Source: an uncultured Verrucomicrobiota bacterium
Lineage (GTDB): Bacteria; Verrucomicrobiota; Kiritimatiellia; RFP12; UBA1067
DNA length: 64,000 bases
Direction of reading: 5' to 3'
Assembly (NCBI GenBank): GCA_947305775.1
Contig: CAMZEN010000006.1
Span: 6,080 to 70,079 of the forward strand
Shown: piece after piece, positions 31,368 to 39,996 of the stretch
How positions within the stretch are numbered: the stretch's first letter is position 1
Layout of the letters: the number at the start of each line of letters is the position of its first letter
Program-made: the position numbers and the translations under genes
Notes under the pieces: generated by a model
Database searches by the model: none
The model's input: only the letters and a program-made list of their open reading frames with translations
What the model was told of the DNA's origin: nothing

Positions 31368-33038
31368 TTAAAAGCCTTCCTTTTTGAAATCTTCATCCGT
31401 AGGGACAAGTTCGAGATAGGCTTTCGCCGCCGCATTCGCCTGGTCCAGCTTGCCAAGGCTTTTAAGCGCCAAAGCCTCGCTACGCCATGCGGCTGCGAAA
31501 CGCGGCGCAATCGTCCGCGCCCTAGCGAAGCATTCAACAGCATCATCGCACCGACCCGCCGCTTCAAGGACCGTGCCTCTCTGCACCCAGAATCGTTCAG
31601 GCTTGTATGATGAAACTTTTATCGCGAGATCGATTGCGGCAAGCGCATCGTCGAATCTATTCATCTGCATGAGCAGTGTTGCCTTTCGCGCATAGGCTTC
31701 ATCATAGTTGACATCTGCGGCCGTCGCCTTGTCGTAGAACGACAACGCCTTGTCGGAGTTGCCGGCCTTGAGGTAAACATCGCCGAGATACAGAAGAGTT
31801 CGCTTCGCGGTCGGATCGAGTTCGTACGCGAAATTGAGGTCTCGCAAAGCGTCATCAAGCTTGCCAAGCGCAACGGACATCTTCGCACGACGAACATACA
31901 GGTCGGCGTTCATCGGGTCGAGCTGTATCGCCAAGCCGAAGCTGCTTACAGCGTCCTCGTACTGTGCCATTTCGCCGCAAATGATGCCTCGCCACTTGTG
32001 CGCAAGCAGAAAATCGGCATTCATCGCGATTGCCTTATCCATCCACACCTTCGCAACGGGATAATTGTCTTCGTAACCGTAGAACATCCCCATTGCGTAG
32101 CAGGCCTCTTTGTAATCTGGATTCACGGACAGCGCCTTTTTCATCTCCGCTCGCGCAAGGCCGTACTCTTTGGTCTTTCCAGTCGCATATGTCCAACCGC
32201 GGTTGTACAGCGCCATATCGAACTTGGGATCAATCTCCAGCGCCTTGTCGCAGCAAGCGCGCGCCGCCTCGGGGTCTTTTTTGAAATCCATCGCGACGAC
32301 GCCCTTCCAAAGCCACGCCCACTTCGAGCTTGGGTTAAGCTCCAGCGCCTTCTCAAGCGATGCTTCCGCGGCAGAAACGTCCTTTTCGTCAAGCTGCACC
32401 ATCGCAAGACGGACAAGCGCGAAGTCGCTATTCGGGTCCATCTCCACCGCTTTCGATATCGCCTCCTTTGCGCGTGCAGTATCCTTCAGCGAGGCAAGTA
32501 TCTGACCCTGCAGGATGTACGGCTCGGGCCTCGTCGGGTCGAGCCCCTGCAAAAAGACGGCCTCTGCGTATGCCTGATGGGCACGGTCGAGTTCCGTCTT
32601 GTTGAACGGACGCCCCAAGTTCAACAAGTCGCGCGTCGCCGCCATGCCCTTTATGTACGCCCTGAAAAAGATGTATTCAGGGCTTTCTTTTTCTATTTCA
32701 AGAGCCTGGTCTACGAACGGCAGGGCAACGTCGGGGTTGTTTTCGGAATAGTACAGCCGACGGGCAACTTCCGCGTATCTGTCCGCCATCTTGTGCAACT
32801 TCTGCTTATTCAAGTACCAGCCGCCGAGCTTGGCGACAAGCACGAACACTACACCAAGCTTGGCGACCATCCTCAGTTTTATGACGGTCGCGGTCCACTT
32901 CTCCGGAACCTTTTCGGCCAATCCGTAGATCGGCTCGAAATGGTCGCGTATCTCGCGCATGTACTTTACGAGATTCGAAATCGCCTTGGCGTTCGCGGCT
33001 ATGCGCCTGTCCTGCGCCTTGTCGTATTCGGAAACCAT
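31368..33038 (-). CDS. membrane-anchored tetratricopeptide (TPR) repeat protein
   Basis: One N-terminal TM helix, then repeated A..Y..A...P 34-aa TPR units. Confidence 0.8.
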   Translation of the reverse strand: MVSEYDKAQDRRIAANAKAISNLVKYMREIRDHFEPIYGLAEKVPEKWTATVIKLRMVAKLGVVFVLVAKLGGWYLNKQKLHKMADRYAEVARRLYYSENNPDVALPFVDQALEIEKESPEYIFFRAYIKGMAATRDLLNLGRPFNKTELDRAHQAYAEAVFLQGLDPTRPEPYILQGQILASLKDTARAKEAISKAVEMDPNSDFALVRLAMVQLDEKDVSAAEASLEKALELNPSSKWAWLWKGVVAMDFKKDPEAARACCDKALEIDPKFDMALYNRGWTYATGKTKEYGLARAEMKKALSVNPDYKEACYAMGMFYGYEDNYPVAKVWMDKAIAMNADFLLAHKWRGIICGEMAQYEDAVSSFGLAIQLDPMNADLYVRRAKMSVALGKLDDALRDLNFAYELDPTAKRTLLYLGDVYLKAGNSDKALSFYDKATAADVNYDEAYARKATLLMQMNRFDDALAAIDLAIKVSSYKPERFWVQRGTVLEAAGRCDDAVECFARARTIAPRFAAAWRSEALALKSLGKLDQANAAAKAYLELVPTDEDFKKEGF

Positions 33039-33058
33039 ACCCTGACGCCTTTTGTCGT

Positions 33059-34606
33059 TTATTTACCCACGGCGGCCTTGTACCGGGCGGCCCTTGCGGC
33101 GCGGCCGGGCTTGCCTTTGCCGTCCCTGCAGCCGAATCCTTCGCGGTACTTCATCACGTCCGCACCGCGTTCTGCAGGATAGCTCGCCCCGCCATAAGAA
33201 CCCTTTTCGGCTTTGAACCGCTCCAGCACGTCGTACAGCGCCTTCGTGTCGTAGCCGAGCGTCTTCGAGAACTGCACGGAACGCCAGTCCGCCTGGCTCT
33301 CCAACTCGATGCCGTAGCCGTTGCGAATCGAAGTGGTGAGATTGTTGAATATCTCATCCGCTAGCGCAGCAAGCTGTCGACGCAATTCGACATTCTTGGA
33401 GTCTTTCGAATCAACCGCCGCCGTTGCCGCGTCCTTCATCAGTGAAAAGAGCTTCAGGACGTTTTCCTTGCCCACGGACTTCATGCCATGCCGAAGTTCC
33501 ATATGCCCCATTTCGTGCCCAAGGATCGCCGCGAGCTCGTCTTCGTCTTTCAGGAAGTCAAGCATGCCGGTCGTCACAAAAACAAATCCGCCGGGAACCG
33601 CGAAGGCGTTCACCTCGTCGGACTGTGCAACCAGGAACATGTACCCATGGTATGGCATCGGGTCGTTCGAAGCGGCGGCAAGCGCCATGCCGAGCGTGCG
33701 CACATACGCACTACGCGGATCGTCCTGTGGCAGAACCGGATATAACGGCAGCATCCGCGCCGCCACCACGCACCCAAGCTGGTATTCCTGGACGGGCCCC
33801 ACTTCGCTGTAGAGCAGTCCGGCTGTGATCTTGCCTGCAGACGCCGCCGTACCTACGAGCTTGTTGTCGCCACCGACAGAACCGGCGATTTTCGACGCAA
33901 AGCCGAGTCCGCTTGCACTTGCCTTGCGGGTCGTTTTCATAAATCCGCCAAAGAAGCCGCTTTCCTCCTCTGCCTTCTCCTCTTTTATCTGACGCGGCTC
34001 CGACTTGGCGAGTCTACCGGCAGAAATGAACTCGGCGATCTCCGCGTCGGACACCTCCTTGCGCTCTGCAATAACCTTAGCTACCGCCGCGGGATCGGCC
34101 TTTGCGGACGACTTGCCGTCTCCTGCCGCACCACGCATTGCGGACATCTCGCCGTCTTCAGATTCAGAGAATCCACGCATCGACGCCAATGCAACATCGT
34201 CTTCCGATTCGGAAAAGCCGCGTTTCGCGGCAAGTGTTCCGTCTGCGGAAATCGTCTCGTTCGGATTCTGGTTGTTCATCAGCCATTCGCTGGCGATGGA
34301 CGGGAAAGGCAGATAGCCGGTATTGCCCCCGGCGACGACCTTTACCCACAGGGGCAGAAGAGTCTCAGGAAACTTCTCCTTGTCACCATCGAACGGGACG
34401 GCAAAGCGACATATAGAAACTACCTTCGCGGCGTCGTTGTACTTAAGCGACGCAACCGCCGACGAAAGACCGTCAGGCCTTTCCCGGAGCACTACCGTCT
34501 CCGTGGATACGCGCCATGTCTCTCCTGCCTTCGGATCATCGGCAAACGAGGCAATTGCGGCGAAGGCCAATGCGGTAAGGCCCAGTTTTTTTATCGTCTC
34601 ATTCAT
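33059..34606 (-). CDS. secreted M48-family zinc metalloprotease with N-terminal SH3b-like region
   Basis: Signal peptide MNETIKKLGLTALAFAAIASFA. HEMGH zinc motif within AAILGHEMGHMELRH. Confidence 0.8.
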   Translation of the reverse strand: MNETIKKLGLTALAFAAIASFADDPKAGETWRVSTETVVLRERPDGLSSAVASLKYNDAAKVVSICRFAVPFDGDKEKFPETLLPLWVKVVAGGNTGYLPFPSIASEWLMNNQNPNETISADGTLAAKRGFSESEDDVALASMRGFSESEDGEMSAMRGAAGDGKSSAKADPAAVAKVIAERKEVSDAEIAEFISAGRLAKSEPRQIKEEKAEEESGFFGGFMKTTRKASASGLGFASKIAGSVGGDNKLVGTAASAGKITAGLLYSEVGPVQEYQLGCVVAARMLPLYPVLPQDDPRSAYVRTLGMALAAASNDPMPYHGYMFLVAQSDEVNAFAVPGGFVFVTTGMLDFLKDEDELAAILGHEMGHMELRHGMKSVGKENVLKLFSLMKDAATAAVDSKDSKNVELRRQLAALADEIFNNLTTSIRNGYGIELESQADWRSVQFSKTLGYDTKALYDVLERFKAEKGSYGGASYPAERGADVMKYREGFGCRDGKGKPGRAARAARYKAAVGK

Positions 34607-34675
34607 GTATCTTTTTTTTCTTTCGGTTGTTCATGTATGGCATACATGTATATGGTGAATAATCCCGCTAAACTC

Positions 34676-35185
34676 CTAAATTCGCGTAAGCCGACTTACT
34701 TCTTTAGCGAAGTCTTTGTCGTGGGTTTTGACCTCTATTCGCGAAATATCTCCACGAAAACGCGCCATTCTGAGGAAATCGCATATGAATTTGTCCGCCC
34801 TGTGGGGGCCTGTCCCCCCAGTGTACGACACTCTGAGCCGTCCCTCGACACGCGAATTCTCCCTCGGCCCATCGAATACGATCCACACGAAATTGTGGGG
34901 ACAGTCCCCCAAATGCCGCTTTGCCTGCTCTATTAGTTCCGCCGGATTCCTCGCCTCGTTTTCTGCGCCAAGAACCATGTTCCAGCCATCGATTATAATG
35001 AATTTGCCATCCGGGGACAGTCCCCGCAAATCTTCCGCCGCAAGCATGGCGAGGTCCAAATGGTGCGAAAGCTCCTCGTTTTCAGTCCTGAGGGCGGTAT
35101 TTTCCGCACGAAGGCGGGCAATCTCCGCCTTTAGCTCCCTTACATGCGCAACGCGCGAATCCATTATTATCTGATGCGACCCCAT
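34676..35185 (-). CDS. NYN/YacP-like putative RNase with N-terminal coiled coil
   Basis: FIIIDGWNMV...VWIVFDG...HRADKFI...VKTHDKDF follows the YacP NYN pattern from memory. Start trimmed to MGSHQ (ATG 35185), sharing one base with the rnd stop. Confidence 0.5.
   Translation of the reverse strand: MGSHQIIMDSRVAHVRELKAEIARLRAENTALRTENEELSHHLDLAMLAAEDLRGLSPDGKFIIIDGWNMVLGAENEARNPAELIEQAKRHLGDCPHNFVWIVFDGPRENSRVEGRLRVSYTGGTGPHRADKFICDFLRMARFRGDISRIEVKTHDKDFAKEVSRLTRI
34897..34909. repeat. REP core GGGGACAGTCCCC inside the NYN CDS (encodes GDCP)
   Basis: Exact 13-mer of the REP family seen at 40.3-40.8 kb and 62.2-63.6 kb. Confidence 0.8.
35012..35026. repeat. REP core CGGGGACAGTCCCCG inside the NYN CDS (encodes GLSP)
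   Basis: Exact palindromic 15-mer of the REP family. Confidence 0.8.
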
Positions 35186-36285
35186 CAATCCACCCCGAAT
35201 TTTTCCGCCATTTCGCGGCCAACGGCCTCCCACCGCCATCCGCCAGCGAGCGGATTGGTCTCGTCCGCCACATTATCTACGAATGCGGTTACCGTCGCCT
35301 TGTTTGCAATCACACCCGCGTCAACGTGCAACGCTTCCGCACGCTCCGCGAGCCATCTCATTGCATCGCCCGCGGCTTCCAGAACCTCGTCGATGTAATG
35401 TACACGCGGATCCTCTGGCCATTCCTCTTCGGGAAGAGCCAAGGCGGCCTCGATCGACTGCGAATAAAGTGCGCGAAGCTGATCGCCCCGTCCCCCGCCA
35501 AGCCTGTGAACGAGCTTCCCTACCCTGCCGCGCTCGGCCATGTCGATAAGGGACTCGTCCGCACCAAGCCAAAGACGAGGTTTGTTCCACTCGCGCGCAA
35601 GCTCCTCCCTGAGCGCAGCCACGGCGCGCAAGACGGCGAAGCCGCGTCCTTTCAACCTGGCGCGACGCAGCTTGATCTTGCGCCACGCCTCATTCGGCGA
35701 AGTTTCGGCGTAAAGGGCCGCATCGTTGTAGTGCGCCATCTCCTCCTCAAGCCAGGCGAGCGTTCCCAAAGACGCGGCGCGGCGCAAAAGCTCGTCCCTG
35801 AGCGCGGCAAGATAACGCACGTCGTCAAGCGCGTAACGCACCTGCGCTTCGGAAAGTGGACGTTGGGTCCAGTCTGTGCATGTCTCCGTCTTGGCAAGGC
35901 CGACGTCGATGGCCTGCAGTAGCAGACTCTGCAGTCCGATCCCCGACCTGAACCCGGCAAAAGCCGCCGCCAGCTGGGTGTCGAATACTGAACGCGGACT
36001 TGCGCCCGTGAAGCGCCGCAGCAGAACAAGATCCTGCCGCGCGTCGTGAAGTATCTTTACGACGGTTTCATCCTCAATCACCGAGCCCAGGCACGACTGG
36101 TCAAATCCCTTTGCGCAGTCCACGGCCCAGCAATCGTCCGCCGTCCCGATCTGCACTATGCCAAGCTGAGGAAGATAAGTCTGGCGCCAAACAAATTCAG
36201 TATCGAGAGATATGCACCCTTCTTTGCGCGCGGTCTCGCACGCAGAGCTGAGCTCGTCGGTAGTCGTTATCAGGCACTTCATCAT
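35185..36285 (-). CDS. rnd: ribonuclease D (DEDDy 3'-5' exonuclease + HRDC)
   Basis: ISLDTEF (Exo I), ILHDARQDL (Exo II), YALDDVRYL (Exo III). Start trimmed to MMKCLITT (36285), ATGA overlap with the upstream stop. Confidence 0.8.
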   Translation of the reverse strand: MMKCLITTTDELSSACETARKEGCISLDTEFVWRQTYLPQLGIVQIGTADDCWAVDCAKGFDQSCLGSVIEDETVVKILHDARQDLVLLRRFTGASPRSVFDTQLAAAFAGFRSGIGLQSLLLQAIDVGLAKTETCTDWTQRPLSEAQVRYALDDVRYLAALRDELLRRAASLGTLAWLEEEMAHYNDAALYAETSPNEAWRKIKLRRARLKGRGFAVLRAVAALREELAREWNKPRLWLGADESLIDMAERGRVGKLVHRLGGGRGDQLRALYSQSIEAALALPEEEWPEDPRVHYIDEVLEAAGDAMRWLAERAEALHVDAGVIANKATVTAFVDNVADETNPLAGGWRWEAVGREMAEKFGVD

Positions 36286-37211
36286 TCTTCCACCAGCACC
36301 AGCGTCCCCACAGGGCATAGCGCATACAGGCGGGCGGCGTTCCAGTTCGAAAGGCGAAAGCACCCATGCGACTCGGCGTTGCCTATCGATTCGGGGGTCG
36401 GCGTGCCGTGTATGCCGTAGCCGGCAAGGTCCAGCCCAAGCCAAGCGACGCCCACCGGACAGTTCTCTCCCTCTGGAAATATGTACCGCTGCATTTTCTG
36501 TCCCGGCGGAACATAGTCCGGCGTATATGTGTAGTTTGGTTTGGAGACCGGAGTAGTAAGCCTGAGTTCGCCCTGTGGCGGCAACTTGGACTTGCTTCGC
36601 GCGATCGAACATGGATAAAGCCCCAGCAGTCGCCCGGACTTGTCGTACGCCGTTATCTCAAAACGCGAAAGCGAAACCTTAACGAGCGCGGCGTCGGGAC
36701 GCTTCGGGGTGTTTGACTGCGCCTTGGGCCACACCGAAAGCTCCTCCTCCATCGACGGAAAATCCGGAATGATAATCCTGTCGCCCACCTTGACGTTCGA
36801 CCAATCGATTCTCGGGTTGAGCCGCTCCAAGGCGCGCTCGCTTACATGTCCCCGCTCGGCAAACATTTCCTTGATCGTCGCATAGCCCATCCTGTCGAGC
36901 TCGGACTTTTCCGCTGGATCGGTCGGCATTGCGACGAGCGCGGCAATATCGGCCGCAGTCACATTTTCGAACTTGAAAAGCCGCTTCTCCTTCGCAAAGA
37001 TCGTATCGTACGCGGCCTCTGGAGTCTCCGGAACAGGCAGCTTACGGTCGCGGCAGTAGTGCTCCAAGGCAGACTGCGACTTGCGCCCCCACTGTCCGTC
37101 AATCGTGTTGCACGAACATCCGGCGCGATCGAGGCATATCTGGACGGCCAGCGTCTTCGACTCGGCGAACGTAACCGCCGCGAAAAGCATCAGCGCAGAA
37201 AGCATCGGCAC
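36282..37211 (-). CDS. L,D-transpeptidase (YkuD) with peptidoglycan-binding-like N-terminus
   Basis: Catalytic GIHGTPTPESIGNAESHGCFRL motif and signal-like N-terminus. Confidence 0.8.
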   Translation of the reverse strand: MPMLSALMLFAAVTFAESKTLAVQICLDRAGCSCNTIDGQWGRKSQSALEHYCRDRKLPVPETPEAAYDTIFAKEKRLFKFENVTAADIAALVAMPTDPAEKSELDRMGYATIKEMFAERGHVSERALERLNPRIDWSNVKVGDRIIIPDFPSMEEELSVWPKAQSNTPKRPDAALVKVSLSRFEITAYDKSGRLLGLYPCSIARSKSKLPPQGELRLTTPVSKPNYTYTPDYVPPGQKMQRYIFPEGENCPVGVAWLGLDLAGYGIHGTPTPESIGNAESHGCFRLSNWNAARLYALCPVGTLVLVEE

Positions 37212-37858
37212 CTTTCGCGCATGTCGGCGACGGCTGCGGCCATGTCGGGCTTTCCGAAAAGGTAGCTGCCGGCGACCAGCTGGTTCGCACCGGCGCGGAC
37301 GGAGTCAACGGCGGTCGTCGCATTCACGCCGCCGTCCACCATGAGATCCATGGCGGGACGACGCGCACGCAGCCATTCGATCTTCGGGAGGCAGTCGGCT
37401 ATGAACTTCTGACCGCCGTAACCGGGATGAACCGTCATCACCAGAACTTCGTCCACCTCGTCCAGATACGGCGCAATCCGCTCAATCGGGGTCTCGGGGT
37501 TCAGCACGATTGCGGGCTTCACGCCAAGCGCACGGATGCGCGGCAGTTCCGTATGCAGGTCGCAGTCGGCCTCGACATGAATCTGGATCGTCTGCGCACC
37601 GGCCTTCGCGAACGCCTCGAGATACAAGTCTGGGCGCGACATCATCAGGTGGACATTTCGGTAGAAGTTGGGCGCTACGCGGCGCGAGAGCGCGACCATG
37701 TCAGGACCAAACGACAGATTGGGCACGAAATGCGGGTCCATTATGTCGAGGTGAAGGGCATCCGCGCCGGACTCTTCCGCGCGGCGGATTTCGTCAGCGA
37801 GCCGACCGTAGTCGGCAGCAAGAAGCGATGGCAGTATCTCTAGTTTCACGGTCCGCAC
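37190..37858 (-). CDS. rpe: ribulose-phosphate 3-epimerase
   Basis: KLEILPSLLAADY...HLDIMDPHFVPN...MTVHPGYGGQKF. The second GTG at 37849 may be the true start. TATAAT sits immediately upstream. Confidence 0.9.
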   Translation of the reverse strand: MRTVKLEILPSLLAADYGRLADEIRRAEESGADALHLDIMDPHFVPNLSFGPDMVALSRRVAPNFYRNVHLMMSRPDLYLEAFAKAGAQTIQIHVEADCDLHTELPRIRALGVKPAIVLNPETPIERIAPYLDEVDEVLVMTVHPGYGGQKFIADCLPKIEWLRARRPAMDLMVDGGVNATTAVDSVRAGANQLVAGSYLFGKPDMAAAVADMRERCRCFLR

Positions 37859-38039
37859 ATTATATCAAATTTATCGGTCAATGGTCATCGGTCTTTGCGC
37901 AAAATATCATAATGTTTATTGAAGCATCTAATGCCCAGCACGGCAGGCGTTAAACTGTCACAGTTTAGGCGATTTTTCGTCAAAAAGCACCATCTCTGCC
38001 GCGACTCCGCACCCCTCGTAGCCCTGGTGCGCACCAGAA

Positions 38040-38133
38040 GTTACAAAGTACTAGTACTTTTGATCAAAAGTACTAGTACATTTGCGCAAAAGTACTAGTA
38101 CATTTGGCCATAAGTACTAGTACTTTGTAACTC
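38040..38133. repeat. four tandem 22-bp iteron-like units with palindromic core AAGTACTAGTAC
   Basis: Cores at 38046, 38068, 38090 and 38112 (exact 22-bp phasing). The array is bounded by the 12-bp inverted repeat GTTACAAAGTAC / GTACTTTGTAAC. Confidence 0.9.
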
Positions 38134-38190
38134 TTCCTCGGCAGTAATGCTGCTTGGGTCCTTACTGCTTGGGGTCTGTCTTGTTGGTTT

Positions 38191-38380
38191 GCGCTGACGC
38201 GCGACCACGAAAGCTGCCTATGCGACTAATCGCCTTGCGGCGACTTGCTTCAGCTCGACGCCATAGGGCCACGAGTCGTCGACTCGGCCCATGCCGTCTC
38301 GCAGAATCAACCCTTCGGGTTTCGTCGCATAGTCAGACACGAAAAGCGTCGTCACGCTTCACGAAAAGACACGAAAAATT
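38191..38380 (+). repeat. left arm of a ~190-bp diverged inverted duplication (non-coding)
   Basis: Starts GCGCTGACGCGCGACCAC and ends GACACGAAAAGCG...CACGAAAAGACACGAAA. The partner arm is at 38455-38644. Confidence 0.7.
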
Positions 38381-38454
38381 CTCTGCCAATTTACCTTATA
38401 GTAACAATACAGCGGCAAAAACGCTGGTTGGCTATGAGTAGCTAAAGGTATGTG

Positions 38455-38644
38455 CGGAGCTTTCGTGCAATTTCGTGTAGCGCGAAGGCGCTTTTCGTGT
38501 CGATGTGACGAGTCGAGCCGTCAGGCTGAAGGCGGCTGTTTGGCGTTGGCCAAAACGTGTTTTGATGCCAACAGGCAAACAGACGGCTTCAAATCGCGTC
38601 AGCGATTGACTCGTCACACCGTTTTTGTGGTCGCGCGTCAGCGC
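38455..38644 (-). repeat. right arm of the inverted duplication
   Basis: The reverse complement starts with the identical 18-mer GCGCTGACGCGCGACCAC and ends GACACGAAAAGCG...CACGAAATTGCACGAAA. Confidence 0.7.
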
Positions 38645-38668
38645 AAAAAAGAGACAAGCACTCTTAGT

Positions 38669-38707
38669 CAAAAGTGCGTGCACTTCCAAACAAAAGTGCG
38701 TGCACTT
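38669..38707. repeat. two copies of CAAAAGTGCGTGCACTT at 22-bp spacing
   Basis: Exact 17-mers at 38669-38685 and 38691-38707. Core AAAGTGC-GT-GCACTTT is a palindrome related to the 38046 family. Confidence 0.9.
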
Positions 38708-38783
38708 TTCGACAGGGGCTGTGCCGGCATTTTGAGCGTACGCGCACACACACTTGCACAATTGCTGGAGACCCCACGAATAA

Positions 38784-39695
38784 TCAGCGGAACATGGCGA
38801 GGCGGTCGTTGAAAATGCGCAGATACTCCACTTTGGCGTCCTCCGAAAGGAGAGATCCCGCTACCATCGCCGCGACTTGTGCCTGATGTGACTTGAAATC
38901 GTCAAAAAGCTTGATTACGGAACGCTCGCAAAGTCCATACGCTGCCCCTAGCGCGACAAAATCAGGCATCGAATAGTATCCTAGCGCCTCGAACTCAGGC
39001 GTGGCGAAATCAGGGTCTTTGAAAAGCGACAACGCCATGAACGTCAGATCTCCAGGATAGTGCAGCTGCGTATTGAGGAGGTCATACGCAGGAGTCATCA
39101 CATAATCGCCCAGCGCACTCTCATACACGGAAAAGTTCTTCAAATGCGCGTCGCCGTTTGCGAAAAGATAATCAAAGACAATCTGACGGAACACCTTCGG
39201 AAGCTCAATCTGTGCCGCTGGGCAGGCCATGCGTATTATGTCGGCCATCTCCTCGTAACTGAAATCATACTTGTACGACTCGCCATGGGTCTCTTCGCTT
39301 CGTCCCGCAATCTGGCAAAGATCCTCCTGCCTGAGCGCATTTCCGTCTTTGCGGTCGAATCGACGCGTGAGATACGCAAGCTCTCCGTCGGCAAACCGCA
39401 CACACTTGTTCTCGGCCGTGCGGATTCCGAACAGGTTGGAGGCGATTCGCATCGTAAGATGTTCGTTGGCTGGAATGTCTGCCGCAAATCTTGAAAGCGA
39501 ATCCTCCGGAACCGGCTTCAATATGAAGTCTCCGCCAGACTCGACAACGGCGAACTTCCCGTCTACAACGGACAGCAACACCTTCGACTGGACACCCGAG
39601 ATGGAATTGCGCCGCCCCTTGCGGATGACAATCGGCAACCGCAAGTCTGCTTTCGTGAACGGCAGCACATCCGGAACATTACCGCGGCAAGACAT
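38784..39695 (-). CDS. hipT: HipA-family Ser/Thr kinase toxin lacking the N-terminal subdomain (HipT-like)
   Basis: Gly-rich loop SISGVQSKVLL and catalytic motif NGDAHLKNFS. 303 aa, about 100 aa shorter than HipA. Confidence 0.8.
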   Translation of the reverse strand: MSCRGNVPDVLPFTKADLRLPIVIRKGRRNSISGVQSKVLLSVVDGKFAVVESGGDFILKPVPEDSLSRFAADIPANEHLTMRIASNLFGIRTAENKCVRFADGELAYLTRRFDRKDGNALRQEDLCQIAGRSEETHGESYKYDFSYEEMADIIRMACPAAQIELPKVFRQIVFDYLFANGDAHLKNFSVYESALGDYVMTPAYDLLNTQLHYPGDLTFMALSLFKDPDFATPEFEALGYYSMPDFVALGAAYGLCERSVIKLFDDFKSHQAQVAAMVAGSLLSEDAKVEYLRIFNDRLAMFR

Positions 39696-39996
39696 ATACG
39701 GCTCCTATTACACCTTGCCTGCATGTCTCGGCAAGGCGGGTAAAATGATCGCGTTCATCAATCTTCATCGTGCGGCACTGCATACGCTTCTGCTCACCTT
39801 CCGCAAGAAGACCGTAGAAAAACGGGAACAACACCTCCGAGCGATGCACGGCCTTCCGCTTGGGAATGGAAAATGCGACGGACGGATTCTTGCTTTCGCG
39901 ATACGCCCGAGTATAACGAAACTCGTATCCGCCACGCTTGAATCGCGCAAGCAAGCCGGCCTCAACCCCCTTCATATAGACAGTCACGCACTTCAT
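39679..39996 (-). CDS. hipS: HipA N-terminal-subdomain-like small protein (HipS-like)
   Basis: 105 aa. MKCVTVYMKGVEAGLLARFKRGGYEFRYTRAY fits the HipA N-terminal (Couple_hipA) pattern. Overlaps both neighbours. Confidence 0.7.
   Translation of the reverse strand: MKCVTVYMKGVEAGLLARFKRGGYEFRYTRAYRESKNPSVAFSIPKRKAVHRSEVLFPFFYGLLAEGEQKRMQCRTMKIDERDHFTRLAETCRQGVIGAVYVLPR

Noticed and set aside
34803-34818. A third REP copy (GGGGGCCTGTCCCCCC) in the NYN gene
   Set aside because: It is an imperfect match and falls on the GGTGPHRAD segment, which aligns with the conserved G-E-T-A-D region of YacP-like proteins. It may be coincidental and is not counted as a REP.
38040-38133. Possible CRISPR array
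   Set aside because: There are only four 12-bp cores with 10-bp semi-conserved spacers, no cas genes, and the repeats are far shorter than CRISPR repeats.
38154-38761. ORFs of 95 aa (plus strand) and 109 aa (minus strand) running through the two inverted arms
   Set aside because: The homologous DNA ends are translated in different frames at the arm starts (CADARPRK versus FALTRDHK) but in the same frame at the arm ends. The similarity is therefore at DNA level only. The products are Arg-rich and no RBS is present.
37859-38783. Chromosomal oriC
   Set aside because: I saw no TTATCCACA-type DnaA boxes and no dnaA, dnaN or gidA context. An AT-rich unwinding element is not obvious. A plasmid-like iteron origin remains only a hypothesis.
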